From: Candidatus Firestonebacteria bacterium RIFOXYA2_FULL_40_8
GTDB lineage: Bacteria; Oederibacteriota; D2-FULL-39-29
Assembly: GCA_001778355.1 (NCBI GenBank)
Contig: MFGS01000039.1
Location: 1 to 58,533, forward strand
Reading direction: 5' to 3'
Length of the DNA: 58,533 bases
Each line of letters opens with the position of its first letter. Position 1 is the stretch's first letter. Below, in pieces: positions 37,279 through 45,717 of the stretch. The notes under the pieces were generated by a model. The model made no database searches. It was not told where the DNA came from and saw only the letters and a list, made by a program, of their open reading frames with translations. The position numbers were made by a program, and so were the translations under genes.

Positions 37279-37356
37279 TTTCTCCCTTGAGAAAATAGAT
37301 AAGAGTATTATGCAAAAAAATAGTAGAAAAAGCAAATTAAAGAAAGAGAAGCAGGG
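37279..37356 (-). promoter_or_regulatory. Conserved 5-prime flank shared with the DUF1016 gene, copy 2
   Basis: See 34554-34630. Confidence 0.7.
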
Positions 37357-37735
37357 AAAGTGCGGACAATGAGCAAAGTGGAGAAAGCAAGAGTAGCAAG
37401 TACGAAGTACGAGGTCCAAAGTAAGAAGTTAAAGCAGGAAAAACAAAAGCAGTGAAAAGGGATGACAAACAGGGAAAAGTGAGGCAGGATAAAGACAGAG
37501 GTTTAGATGGTTGTCCGCCAATTATGTTAGGCGGATCTCTGGAAGAGATGCTTGGAGGCTTGGCGATTGCAAAAAAAACAAAGGGATGACAAACTAGGAA
37601 ATGTGAGATACAATGAAGATAGACGCGCGGAGGCTCAGAAGCGCAGCAAGAACTGATATATTGGATGGATTTTTATCTACTCTCGATTTTCGATTGTCTA
37701 TTTTCTGCCATGACTGCTTCATGGCTAGGGGGATT

Positions 37736-38119
37736 ATGAAAACCTTTAAATTACACTCCAGGGTGATAATAATTGTTTTGGTGTTGGTTCTTTTTGCTAT
37801 GAATAGCAAGGCGAGGGCGGTGGAGATTCCTGATGATAAGTTTAACCATGCTATGATAGGGTTTGCCATCGGGGCTATTTCTACAAAATGGATGGACGCG
37901 CAATATACTTTGGAGTATAAGACTTGTACTACAGAAGGACTCCTTAAGATTTGTGATAGAAGAATGAAAGAAAAAGACCTGTGGTTCTATACCGTTCCGG
38001 TTCTCACGATTATAGGTTATGCTCTTATAAAAGAAATAACGGATAGTAATTTTGATGAAAATGATTTTCTTTATTCGGTAGTGGGTGGAGTAGCGGGAAT
38101 AACGCTCATTTCATGGTAA
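37736..38119 (+). CDS. Small secreted/membrane protein (possibly YfiM/DUF2279-like)
   Basis: 127 aa. Signal/TM start MKTFKLHSRVIIIVLVLVLFAMNSKA. DKFNHAMIGFAIG and IKEITDS motifs. Second TM near the C-terminus. ATG 37736 follows AGGGGGA. Confidence 0.4.
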   Translation: MKTFKLHSRVIIIVLVLVLFAMNSKARAVEIPDDKFNHAMIGFAIGAISTKWMDAQYTLEYKTCTTEGLLKICDRRMKEKDLWFYTVPVLTIIGYALIKEITDSNFDENDFLYSVVGGVAGITLISW

Positions 38120-38453
38120 CGGATGGAAGCGCAGAGGCTCGGATGCTTGGAGGCGCGGCAAAAACAGAAAAAACAGTGAAGAAAGTGGGTAAAGAAAAAA
38201 GCCTGGTCGCCGGCTTTTAGGCGAGCAGTCCGCCAACGCTTTTTGGCGGAAAGAGCAGTAGAAGAAGGAATAGAATCAAGAACTGCTCCTCATTAATTTT
38301 GCACTCATTGTGTGCCGATTTCCGGAAAGATTGTGAACGCTTTGCGTTCATAATTGAAAATTAGGTTTCTTTGAAAGTCAATTCTTGACGCAGTCTGTCG
38401 ATAATATTATGACTGAGTTGACCAACAGGTTGTTGGCTGATTTAGCCCTCCTC

Positions 38454-38482
38454 TTGACATTATAGACATATGTTGCTATAAT
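38454..38482 (+). promoter_or_regulatory. Consensus sigma-70 promoter TTGACA-17 nt-TATAAT for vapBC
   Basis: TTGACA at 38454-38459 and TATAAT at 38477-38482. Confidence 0.65.
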
Positions 38483-38543
38483 TACTGTAGTATATATGAC
38501 AGCATTGTAAGGTGGTCAAATATACAAAAAGGAGAATAATAAG

Positions 38544-38798
38544 ATGAAAAAAATTAAGACGATGGTTTATCTTGATCGAGACTGTAAAAAGAAAGCTTTA
38601 GAACTCAAAAACATTACTCATAAGAGTTTAAGCTTTCTGGTTGAGGAAGGTCTGGAAGCAGTTATATTAAAGTATTCATTGAAGCCTAAAACAATGAAAG
38701 AAGCGATAAAAACTTCTTACGGATCCATACCAAGCATTAAAAATATGAGAGATGAATTAAACAAAGATTTTGAGAAACGCGCTGAGAGGATAAGATAA
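38544..38798 (+). CDS. Type II antitoxin (VapB-like, RHH/CopG-type)
   Basis: 84 aa. The start MVYLDRDCKKKALELK fits a ribbon-helix-helix fold. The stop overlaps the toxin start (TAATG). Confidence 0.6.
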   Translation: MKKIKTMVYLDRDCKKKALELKNITHKSLSFLVEEGLEAVILKYSLKPKTMKEAIKTSYGSIPSIKNMRDELNKDFEKRAERIR

Positions 38799-39202
38799 TG
38801 AAAGAAAATGCAAAGTATGGCATTGAAAAAACTAAATATCTCCTGGATACGGATGTTTTAATAAACCATCTTAGTAAAAAAAGAGATACTTTGAATAAAC
38901 TTTCAGAAAAGGAAAATATAAGCATTTCTTTAAGCGTGCTGAATAAATTTGAGCTATTTCGCGGCATAGATGATATTAAAGATAAAGATACAGCGGACGA
39001 TGTTATCAGGTATTTTGATGTATATCCGGTAAGTGAATTAATTGCTGATAGAGCTTCAGAACTGGCTAAATTAAAAAATATCCCGGCCGGACCTGTAGAT
39101 ATTTTGATTGCGGCTACTTGTATAGAAAACAACCTGATTTTAGTTACAGAAAATATAAAACATTTCAAGAATATACCGGGACTTGTAATTTATAAGGAAT
39201 GA
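38798..39202 (+). CDS. vapC: PIN-domain toxin VapC
   Basis: 134 aa. YLLDTDVLI (first acidic residue), ELIADRASEL, DILIAATCIENNLILVTEN. Confidence 0.8.
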   Translation: MKENAKYGIEKTKYLLDTDVLINHLSKKRDTLNKLSEKENISISLSVLNKFELFRGIDDIKDKDTADDVIRYFDVYPVSELIADRASELAKLKNIPAGPVDILIAATCIENNLILVTENIKHFKNIPGLVIYKE

Positions 39203-39209
39203 AAAGGGA

Positions 39210-39228
39210 CACCTTATAGGTTGAAATC
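39210..39228 (+). repeat. Boundary motif, copy 3 (CACCTTATAGGTTGAAATC)
   Basis: 14-nt core identical to copy 2. It lies 8 nt after the vapC stop, at the right edge of the accessory island. Confidence 0.6.
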
Positions 39229-39325
39229 ACTTAAAGGGAAAGCAGGTGAAGTAAAATAAGTACTTAGATAAAATAATACCACCAATGAAAAAGACTTTCG
39301 ACCTTACGAACCTTATGGACGGTTT

Positions 39326-39988
39326 TTAAGAGCCCTTTTTTGAGACTATTATCCAGAGGGTTTTTATCAGGATTATTATGTCCAGGGCTACGGACATGTG
39401 TTGGATGTAGAATTCGTCGAAGAACCATTTTTCGTGGGGCTTAAAATGATATGTGCCTTCTACCTGGGCGAGGCCGGTAAGGCCGGGGTTTACGCTAAGG
39501 CGGTCGCCCTGAAGCTCTCTATGTTGTCTTACGAAGAAAGGGCGTTCTGGCCTCGGGCCTACCAGACTCATATCGTCTTTAATAACATTCCAAAACTGTG
39601 GGAGTTCGTCGATACGGGTTCTTCTTAAGAACTTTCCTAAAGTTGTAACTCTATTATCATTGTGTTTTGCCCAGACGGGGCCTGTGTGTTTTTCTGCATC
39701 AGCAACCATGCTGCGGAATTTATAAAGTACAAAAATCCTGCCGTACCTGCCGACACGCTCCTGCGCGTAGATAGCAGGGCCTTTGGAAGAAAACCTTATA
39801 AGAATAGCAATAATTAATAATAAAGGGCTTAGAACAAATAAGGCAAATATGGAAAGTATAAGGTCTATAATACGTTTTACAACAAAGAAAGCAGCCTTAT
39901 TTTCTTTAATATGCAGCCATTTGTTTTTACTGCGGTAATCCAGTCCAAGCAGGTCTTTGTATGCTTTCAGTTTGCTATGCGGCGACAC
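39326..39988 (-). CDS. Initiating phosphoglycosyl transferase (bacterial sugar transferase family, WbaP/PglC-like)
   Basis: KRIIDLILSIFALFVLSPLLLIIAILI re-entrant helix. KFRSM, and RIDELPQFWNVIKDDMSLVGPRPE. Confidence 0.85.
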   Translation of the reverse strand: MSPHSKLKAYKDLLGLDYRSKNKWLHIKENKAAFFVVKRIIDLILSIFALFVLSPLLLIIAILIRFSSKGPAIYAQERVGRYGRIFVLYKFRSMVADAEKHTGPVWAKHNDNRVTTLGKFLRRTRIDELPQFWNVIKDDMSLVGPRPERPFFVRQHRELQGDRLSVNPGLTGLAQVEGTYHFKPHEKWFFDEFYIQHMSVALDIIILIKTLWIIVSKKGS

Positions 39989-40316
39989 GTTTGTTCCTTT
40001 CTATTCGATATCAAACATCCGCATTAATATACAGTGAAAACAGGTGTTTGTCAATCCTTATAAGCCCTTTATAACCGGCTTAAATTGTGAGTTTTTACAC
40101 AAGCGAATATACATTACATTGCCTAATCAGCAGCCCGCCTGAGGCGGGTTCAATCGAACCCGAAACTAACCTGGAATCTCAATATTTTAATGCGCAAAGG
40201 TAAGTGTTTTCTGCTTCGAATTCGGGTTCCATTGTACTCTTTAATTTATGCCGGCTAAAGTGTATACTATTAGAAAATCGCTTTGCTGCGATAATGTATG
40301 AAAAGAAAGGGAAAAT

Positions 40317-41573
40317 ATGAAGAAAATAATATATTTAGCAGGTGTTCTGGTCTTTTGTTTTTGCTTTCAGCTCAGGGCGGAATACACTCACCTCACCTGG
40401 GAGGATGATCCTAAAACTTCAATGACCGTTATCTGGCAGAAATCCGAAAAAATTGACGGGAAAGTTAAATATGGTTTGGAAAAGGAAAACCTGGATCAAA
40501 CGGTAACTGCCAGGATGGAGACAGTTAAAGATATAGAAACCGAGAGAAAAAAACGTATTGAAACAGAAAAAGAAATATTTTTTAGAGATGTTAAAACGGA
40601 GAAAGGCCTTGTTTATATTTATAAAGCAAAACTTTCCGGGCTGAAGGCGGGAACGCAGTATTTCTATTCTATAGAAGGAGACAGTAAAGGAATAAATACT
40701 TTTACTACTGCTCCGGAAGGGGATGCAAATTTTACTTTTATTGCAGGCGGCGACAGCGGGGATAATAATACAATGCTGGTCCAGTTAATGAGAGCCATCC
40801 AGCGTTACAGGGCAAAATTTTTCCTTCACGCGGGAGATATGGCGCATGAAGCGGCGGATAGCGCAAAAATATGGAATGAATTTCTTATCTCTATTCAGCC
40901 GTTCTCATTTTCGATGCCGGTCATGCCGACTCCCGGTAATCATGACGGGGATGAAGACCCGGAGTTTGTCAACTATTTAGCGCGTTTTGCTTTGCCTAAA
41001 GGAAAAGATAACGGGCTTAACTACAGTTTTAATTACGGTAATTGTCATTTTGTCTCACTTTTTGCTTCGGAAACAAAAGTCAGCACGGATAAATATTCAA
41101 AAACAGCCGTGTGGCTCGAAGAGGACCTCCGCTTGGCAAACTCCGCCAGATACAAGATAGTTTTTGCCCATGCGCCGCTTTTCAGCACGGGCGATCACGG
41201 TTCGGATGAAAAAGCCAGAGAGCTGTTCGCTCCTCTTTTTGATAAATACCGGGTTAACCTTTATATTGACGGGCATGACCATGGGTATGAACGTTCCAAA
41301 TCCATAAATTACACAGTATCCAAGAAAAGCGCGCAAACCAGTTATAAGAACGGAACGTGTTATGTCGTAGCCGCGGGACTGGCATCTGCCTACCGTAAAG
41401 TCAGAGGCGACTGGTGGACAGCCAAAAGCATGCAAAGAGATTCGAAAGGTAATAACAAGGACAAACATTATATAATGAAGATAGACGTTACCGACGACAA
41501 ACTCAAGGTGCAGGCGATAGGTGATGACGGTAAAGCCCTCGACGATTTTGACCTTCCTAAACGGGACAAATAA
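40317..41573 (+). CDS. Secreted metallophosphoesterase with purple-acid-phosphatase-type N-terminal domain
   Basis: Signal peptide, an FN3-like N-terminal domain (TSMTVIWQ), and the metallophosphoesterase motifs GDSGD, HAGDMAHE, GNHD and GHDHGYER. Confidence 0.7.
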   Translation: MKKIIYLAGVLVFCFCFQLRAEYTHLTWEDDPKTSMTVIWQKSEKIDGKVKYGLEKENLDQTVTARMETVKDIETERKKRIETEKEIFFRDVKTEKGLVYIYKAKLSGLKAGTQYFYSIEGDSKGINTFTTAPEGDANFTFIAGGDSGDNNTMLVQLMRAIQRYRAKFFLHAGDMAHEAADSAKIWNEFLISIQPFSFSMPVMPTPGNHDGDEDPEFVNYLARFALPKGKDNGLNYSFNYGNCHFVSLFASETKVSTDKYSKTAVWLEEDLRLANSARYKIVFAHAPLFSTGDHGSDEKARELFAPLFDKYRVNLYIDGHDHGYERSKSINYTVSKKSAQTSYKNGTCYVVAAGLASAYRKVRGDWWTAKSMQRDSKGNNKDKHYIMKIDVTDDKLKVQAIGDDGKALDDFDLPKRDK

Positions 41574-41577
41574 GACC

Positions 41578-41606
41578 TTGACAAACTCCCTTTTGTAGCG
41601 TACACT
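41578..41606 (+). promoter_or_regulatory. Promoter TTGACA-17 nt-TACACT for abiEi/abiEii
   Basis: TTGACA at 41578-41583 and TACACT at 41601-41606. Confidence 0.6.
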
Positions 41607-41608
41607 GT

Positions 41609-41629
41609 TAGTAACAATATATGTTACTA
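41609..41629 (+). promoter_or_regulatory. Inverted repeat TAGTAACA-N5-TGTTACTA; candidate AbiEi operator
   Basis: Perfect 8-bp arms lie immediately downstream of the -10 box. AbiEi antitoxins are known to autorepress through inverted repeats in their promoters. Confidence 0.5.
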
Positions 41630-41646
41630 GTGGAGTATGAGCAAAT

Positions 41647-42231
41647 ATGCTTAAAAACGAGATGAATTACATACTAAGAAATACCGCAACGGTTTTTACG
41701 ATCAGGGAATTGGAGATGCAGCTTGGCATGGAAAAAGCCGGGCTGTTAAAAAGGCGTCTTAATTATCATGTTAAGACCGGCGATTTGTATGCTCCCCGGC
41801 GGGGAGTATACTCAAAAGACAAAAAATACGATAGTTTTGAACTGGCGGCAAAACTCTACTCCCCGTCCTATATAAGTTTTGAATCGGTACTTTCAAAAGA
41901 AGGGGTTATTTTCCAGAGATATCCGGGGATTTATATTGCTTCATACCTGCGCAGAACACTTGAAGTTGATGGCAGGGAATTTAATTACAGAAAGCTATCG
42001 GAGAAAATCCTGTATAATCCGTCCGGTGTAGAAAATACCCGCGGTTATGCCATGGCTGTAAAAGAAAGAGCTTTTCTTGATATGCTATATTTGAATAAAA
42101 GATATCAATTTGATAATATTCGGGGTTTAGACAAAGAAAAATTATCGGCACTTTCCGCTCTGTATCAGGACTCCAAGCTTGAAAAACGGTTAGCCGAAAT
42201 ATTGGGAAAGAAGAGGGGAAAAGAGTGTTGA
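41647..42231 (+). CDS. AbiEi-family type IV antitoxin (winged-HTH transcriptional regulator)
   Basis: TVFTIRELEMQLG...LNYHVKTGDLYAPRRGVYS fits the AbiEi_4 pattern. 7-nt overlap with the downstream toxin gene. Confidence 0.7.
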   Translation: MLKNEMNYILRNTATVFTIRELEMQLGMEKAGLLKRRLNYHVKTGDLYAPRRGVYSKDKKYDSFELAAKLYSPSYISFESVLSKEGVIFQRYPGIYIASYLRRTLEVDGREFNYRKLSEKILYNPSGVENTRGYAMAVKERAFLDMLYLNKRYQFDNIRGLDKEKLSALSALYQDSKLEKRLAEILGKKRGKEC

Positions 42232-42920
42232 TAATTAATAAACATAAAAAAATATTGCTCGACACCCTTTTTGCGATTTATTCGGACAGAGAACTGGCTC
42301 CGGTCCTTGGCTTTAAAGGCGGGACAGCGGCTCTTTTGTTTTACGGTCTTGACCGTTTCTCTGTGGACCTGGATTTTGATCTTCTTCAATTAAATATGAA
42401 AGACAGGGTCTTCGCCTGTCTTTTTAAAATAACAGGTGCTCAGGGCATAATAAAGGAAAAGTATATAAAGAAAAATACCATTCTGTTTGTAGTGTCCTAC
42501 TCGGAATTAAACCAGAATATCAAGCTCGAGGTCTCGACAAGGGATTTTGGTTCAAAATATGCCATAATGAATTATCTTGGCATTCCGATGAAAGTAATGG
42601 TAAAGGAAGATATGCTTGCCCATAAATTAGCCGCTATGAGTGAGAGGATGGGGAGCTCGAACAGGGATATATATGACGTAAACTACTTTCTGAAGAATAA
42701 CTGGTCTCTCAATGAAGGAATGCTCGCAAAAAGGGTTGGCGGGGACTTAAAAAGTTTTCTTGAAAAAACGGCAAAACAAGTGGAGAAAATTAAAACAAAT
42801 AAAATATTGGACGGAATAGGAGAACTCCTTGATAATAAAGCAAAAGCTTGGGTCAAAAATAACCTGGCTAAAGAAACCGCGGGAAGATTAAGGATTCTCA
42901 AAGAAAGTATTAATAATTAG
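42225..42920 (+). CDS. AbiEii/AbiGii-family nucleotidyltransferase toxin (DUF1814)
   Basis: LGFKGGTAALLFYGLDRFSVDLDFD matches the GGTAL...R.S.DLDF NTase motif. GTG start preceded by GAGGGGA. Confidence 0.75.
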   Translation: MLIINKHKKILLDTLFAIYSDRELAPVLGFKGGTAALLFYGLDRFSVDLDFDLLQLNMKDRVFACLFKITGAQGIIKEKYIKKNTILFVVSYSELNQNIKLEVSTRDFGSKYAIMNYLGIPMKVMVKEDMLAHKLAAMSERMGSSNRDIYDVNYFLKNNWSLNEGMLAKRVGGDLKSFLEKTAKQVEKIKTNKILDGIGELLDNKAKAWVKNNLAKETAGRLRILKESINN

Positions 42921-43031
42921 CCCGGGATGGTAATATAACTTGCGGACGATTGATTATGCATTTGCGCAAAGTTTATGGAATACGGCTGAACAAAACCGGT
43001 TTTTCTGCTACTAAGTATGCAGGAGGAACCA

Positions 43032-43916
43032 ATGAAAAACAGTATACTAAAATGCTCAATTTTGCCTCTGCTTTTTCAGTTCCTATTTATAACGCCTTTT
43101 AACGCGGAAGCAAACCCTCCTGTTGACACCGTAGAGCATGAATCCTCCGCAAAGTCCGCTGTACGGCCCGAGGATAACGCCGCGGCAGAATTCTTTGCCC
43201 AGCCGGAGTATAAATCCAGGGATTATGTCCAGCCGGTGGAATTTAAAAATGAAGGTCTTTATTGGGCTCTTAGAAGACTGCGCTTAGAGGTGAATTCAAT
43301 AAATTTTGTTATAGATTTGAAGTTCGAAGAAAAAATGGAAGAAAATACTATAGCGTATGCAGGTGTCAAAAACATAACAGTAAATTTTAAAGAGAGAACG
43401 GAACTCCACGAAGCTTTAAAGCAGGTCCTTGAACCTCTTGGTTTGGCGTTTTATATTGATAATGTTACCGGCGCAGAAAAAGTTTATCATATTAACTATA
43501 AGAACAATCCTGATAAGCTTAAAAGAATATTCGTAAAATACCCGTTTCAGAATAACATCTACGCGGATATAAAGAAGTTGAATTCAAAAGACGGTATAAT
43601 GAATTTATTATATTCAGAACTGTCTGTCCAGGTAAACGACTATCCCGAAGTACATAAAAAGATAAGAGAACTCTACAGGAATATCAGGGAGTCCGGACAA
43701 AAAGTAGCGGAAAAAGAGAGAGGCAAAATAGTGGCAAAAATTTATCCTATTACATATGTCAACGCAGGGGAACTGACACGACAGATTATGTCCGTGCTTA
43801 CAAAAGATGGTACAATAGAGTTTAATACTAAAGGTAATTATCTGACAATTACAGATATTGCCGAAAATCATATTGCAATTGGAACCCTTCTTAAAGAACT
43901 TGATAGTACCCGGTAA
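43032..43916 (+). CDS. Secreted protein with secretin N0/N1-like domains but no secretin pore domain
   Basis: Signal peptide MKNSILKCSILPLLFQFLFITPFNAEA. C-terminal IYPITYVNAGELTRQIMSVLTKDGTIEFNTKGNYLTITDIAENHIAIGTLLKELD matches the Secretin_N pattern. RBS AGGAGG. Confidence 0.45.
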   Translation: MKNSILKCSILPLLFQFLFITPFNAEANPPVDTVEHESSAKSAVRPEDNAAAEFFAQPEYKSRDYVQPVEFKNEGLYWALRRLRLEVNSINFVIDLKFEEKMEENTIAYAGVKNITVNFKERTELHEALKQVLEPLGLAFYIDNVTGAEKVYHINYKNNPDKLKRIFVKYPFQNNIYADIKKLNSKDGIMNLLYSELSVQVNDYPEVHKKIRELYRNIRESGQKVAEKERGKIVAKIYPITYVNAGELTRQIMSVLTKDGTIEFNTKGNYLTITDIAENHIAIGTLLKELDSTR

Positions 43917-44033
43917 ATATAAATCTTTCAGTGAACCGCTTTTAAATAAAATAATCTTGTTTTGTTGTGAATTTATGTTGTAAGATATCTGATATTGCTT
44001 TTAATTAACTACAGCTAAAAGGACGGAAAAAGT

Positions 44034-45623
44034 ATGAAAAAGAAAATGCCGGGGTGGTTATCTAACGCGGTTTTTTATGAGATATATCCCCAGAGTTTTA
44101 AGGATACGAACGGGGACGGGATAGGCGATTTAAAAGGTATTACGTCAAAGCTTGACTATATCAAAGGTCTCGGCTGCACGGCGATCTGGATTAATCCTTG
44201 CTTTGTGTCACCTTTCCAGGACGCCGGGTATGATATTGCGGATTATTACAAAGTGGCTCCCAGGTATGGTTCAAATGCGGACTTGAAAAAGCTTTTTAAA
44301 GAAGCTCACAACCGCGGTATGCGGGTTATCCTGGACCTGGTTCCGGGGCACACTTCAATACAGCACCCGTGGTTTAAGCAGTCCTGCGAGCCAAAAAGAA
44401 ATAAATATACCGACCGGTTCATCTGGACGGACGGAACTTTCATTACGGCTATGCCCGAATGCCGTTCTATATCCGGGTATTGCGACCGCGTCGGACAGTA
44501 TGTAGTAAACTTTTTTTACAGCCAGCCTGCGTTAAATTACGGGTTTGGACGTCCGGATCCGAAGAAAAAATGGCAGCAGGGGTATAATGATCCCGGTCCG
44601 AAATCTACCCGGGCGGAGCTTAAAAAGATTATGAGATTCTGGCTGGATATGGGAGCCGACGGCTTCCGCGTGGATATGGCGGCGTCGCTTATGAAAGGTC
44701 CTAAGAGTTCGAGATATATTAATAAAATCTGGCGCGAGATACGACAGATGCTGGACCGTGATTATCCGGAAGCAATGATAGTTTCCGAATGGGGAAGTCC
44801 CGACAGGGCTATCAAAGCGGGGTTCCATTGCGACTTTATGCTTCATTTCGGCCCTCCGGCGTATAACTCCCTTTTCCGCTATGAGACCGAAACAAAGAAT
44901 AAAAAAAGTTTCTTTAACCGTAAAGGCGGTGGAAGCGTAGTTGAATTTGTTGATTATTATAAGGAGATATATAAAGAAGCCGATAAGAAGGGATATATAT
45001 GTATTCCGTCAGGTAATCATGATATGTTCCGTCTCGGATCGGGAAGGACCGATGCAGATCTCAAAGTTATTTTTGCTTTCCTTTTGACGATGCCCGGAGT
45101 TCCTTTCGTTTATGCCGGGGATGAAATCGGGATGAAACATAATGTAAAGGTCCGGAGTAAAGAAGGCGGTTTTGAAAGGACCGGCGCCAGGACCCCGATG
45201 CAATGGGACAGCTCCAAAAATAAAGGTTTTTCAAAAGCCGTCCCGGGAAAACTGTATCTGCCGGTAGATAAAAAAGGCCCCGAGGTGGAAAAGCAGATGA
45301 ACACCGAAGGTTCATTATGGCAGACTGTGAAAAGATTAATTGCTTTGCGGCATAAAATCCCGGCTCTTTCCTCGGACGGTTCCTTTAAGGTGCTTTACGC
45401 CCGCCATCGTAAAAGTCCGTTCGTATACGAGCGCGAACTTAGCGGTCAAAAGTATATCATCGCGGTAAACCCGCTGGCAAAAAAAGTGAAAGCGGTTTTT
45501 CCATATAAGAAGCATAATTCCTACACATGTGAAGTAGAAGGCTCGGGGAATGAGCTGAAGCTGTCAAAATCCCGCGTATCAATAGCAATGGGTCCGGTGT
45601 CGTATTCCATCTATAAGGTTTAA
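44034..45623 (+). CDS. GH13 alpha-amylase-family glycosidase (oligo-1,6-glucosidase/trehalose-synthase-like)
   Basis: AVFYEIYPQSFKDTNGDGIGDLKG, DLVPGHTS, GFRVDMA, VSEWG, PSGNHD: the conserved GH13 regions I-IV. Confidence 0.85.
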   Translation: MKKKMPGWLSNAVFYEIYPQSFKDTNGDGIGDLKGITSKLDYIKGLGCTAIWINPCFVSPFQDAGYDIADYYKVAPRYGSNADLKKLFKEAHNRGMRVILDLVPGHTSIQHPWFKQSCEPKRNKYTDRFIWTDGTFITAMPECRSISGYCDRVGQYVVNFFYSQPALNYGFGRPDPKKKWQQGYNDPGPKSTRAELKKIMRFWLDMGADGFRVDMAASLMKGPKSSRYINKIWREIRQMLDRDYPEAMIVSEWGSPDRAIKAGFHCDFMLHFGPPAYNSLFRYETETKNKKSFFNRKGGGSVVEFVDYYKEIYKEADKKGYICIPSGNHDMFRLGSGRTDADLKVIFAFLLTMPGVPFVYAGDEIGMKHNVKVRSKEGGFERTGARTPMQWDSSKNKGFSKAVPGKLYLPVDKKGPEVEKQMNTEGSLWQTVKRLIALRHKIPALSSDGSFKVLYARHRKSPFVYERELSGQKYIIAVNPLAKKVKAVFPYKKHNSYTCEVEGSGNELKLSKSRVSIAMGPVSYSIYKV

Positions 45624-45717
45624 AGAAGCAAGGAAAGCAAAGGAAGAAACAACAGTAAAGGAAGTAAAAGAAGGAAGGGAAAAAAGAGTCAATCCGAATT
45701 AAAATTAAGGGACTGTA

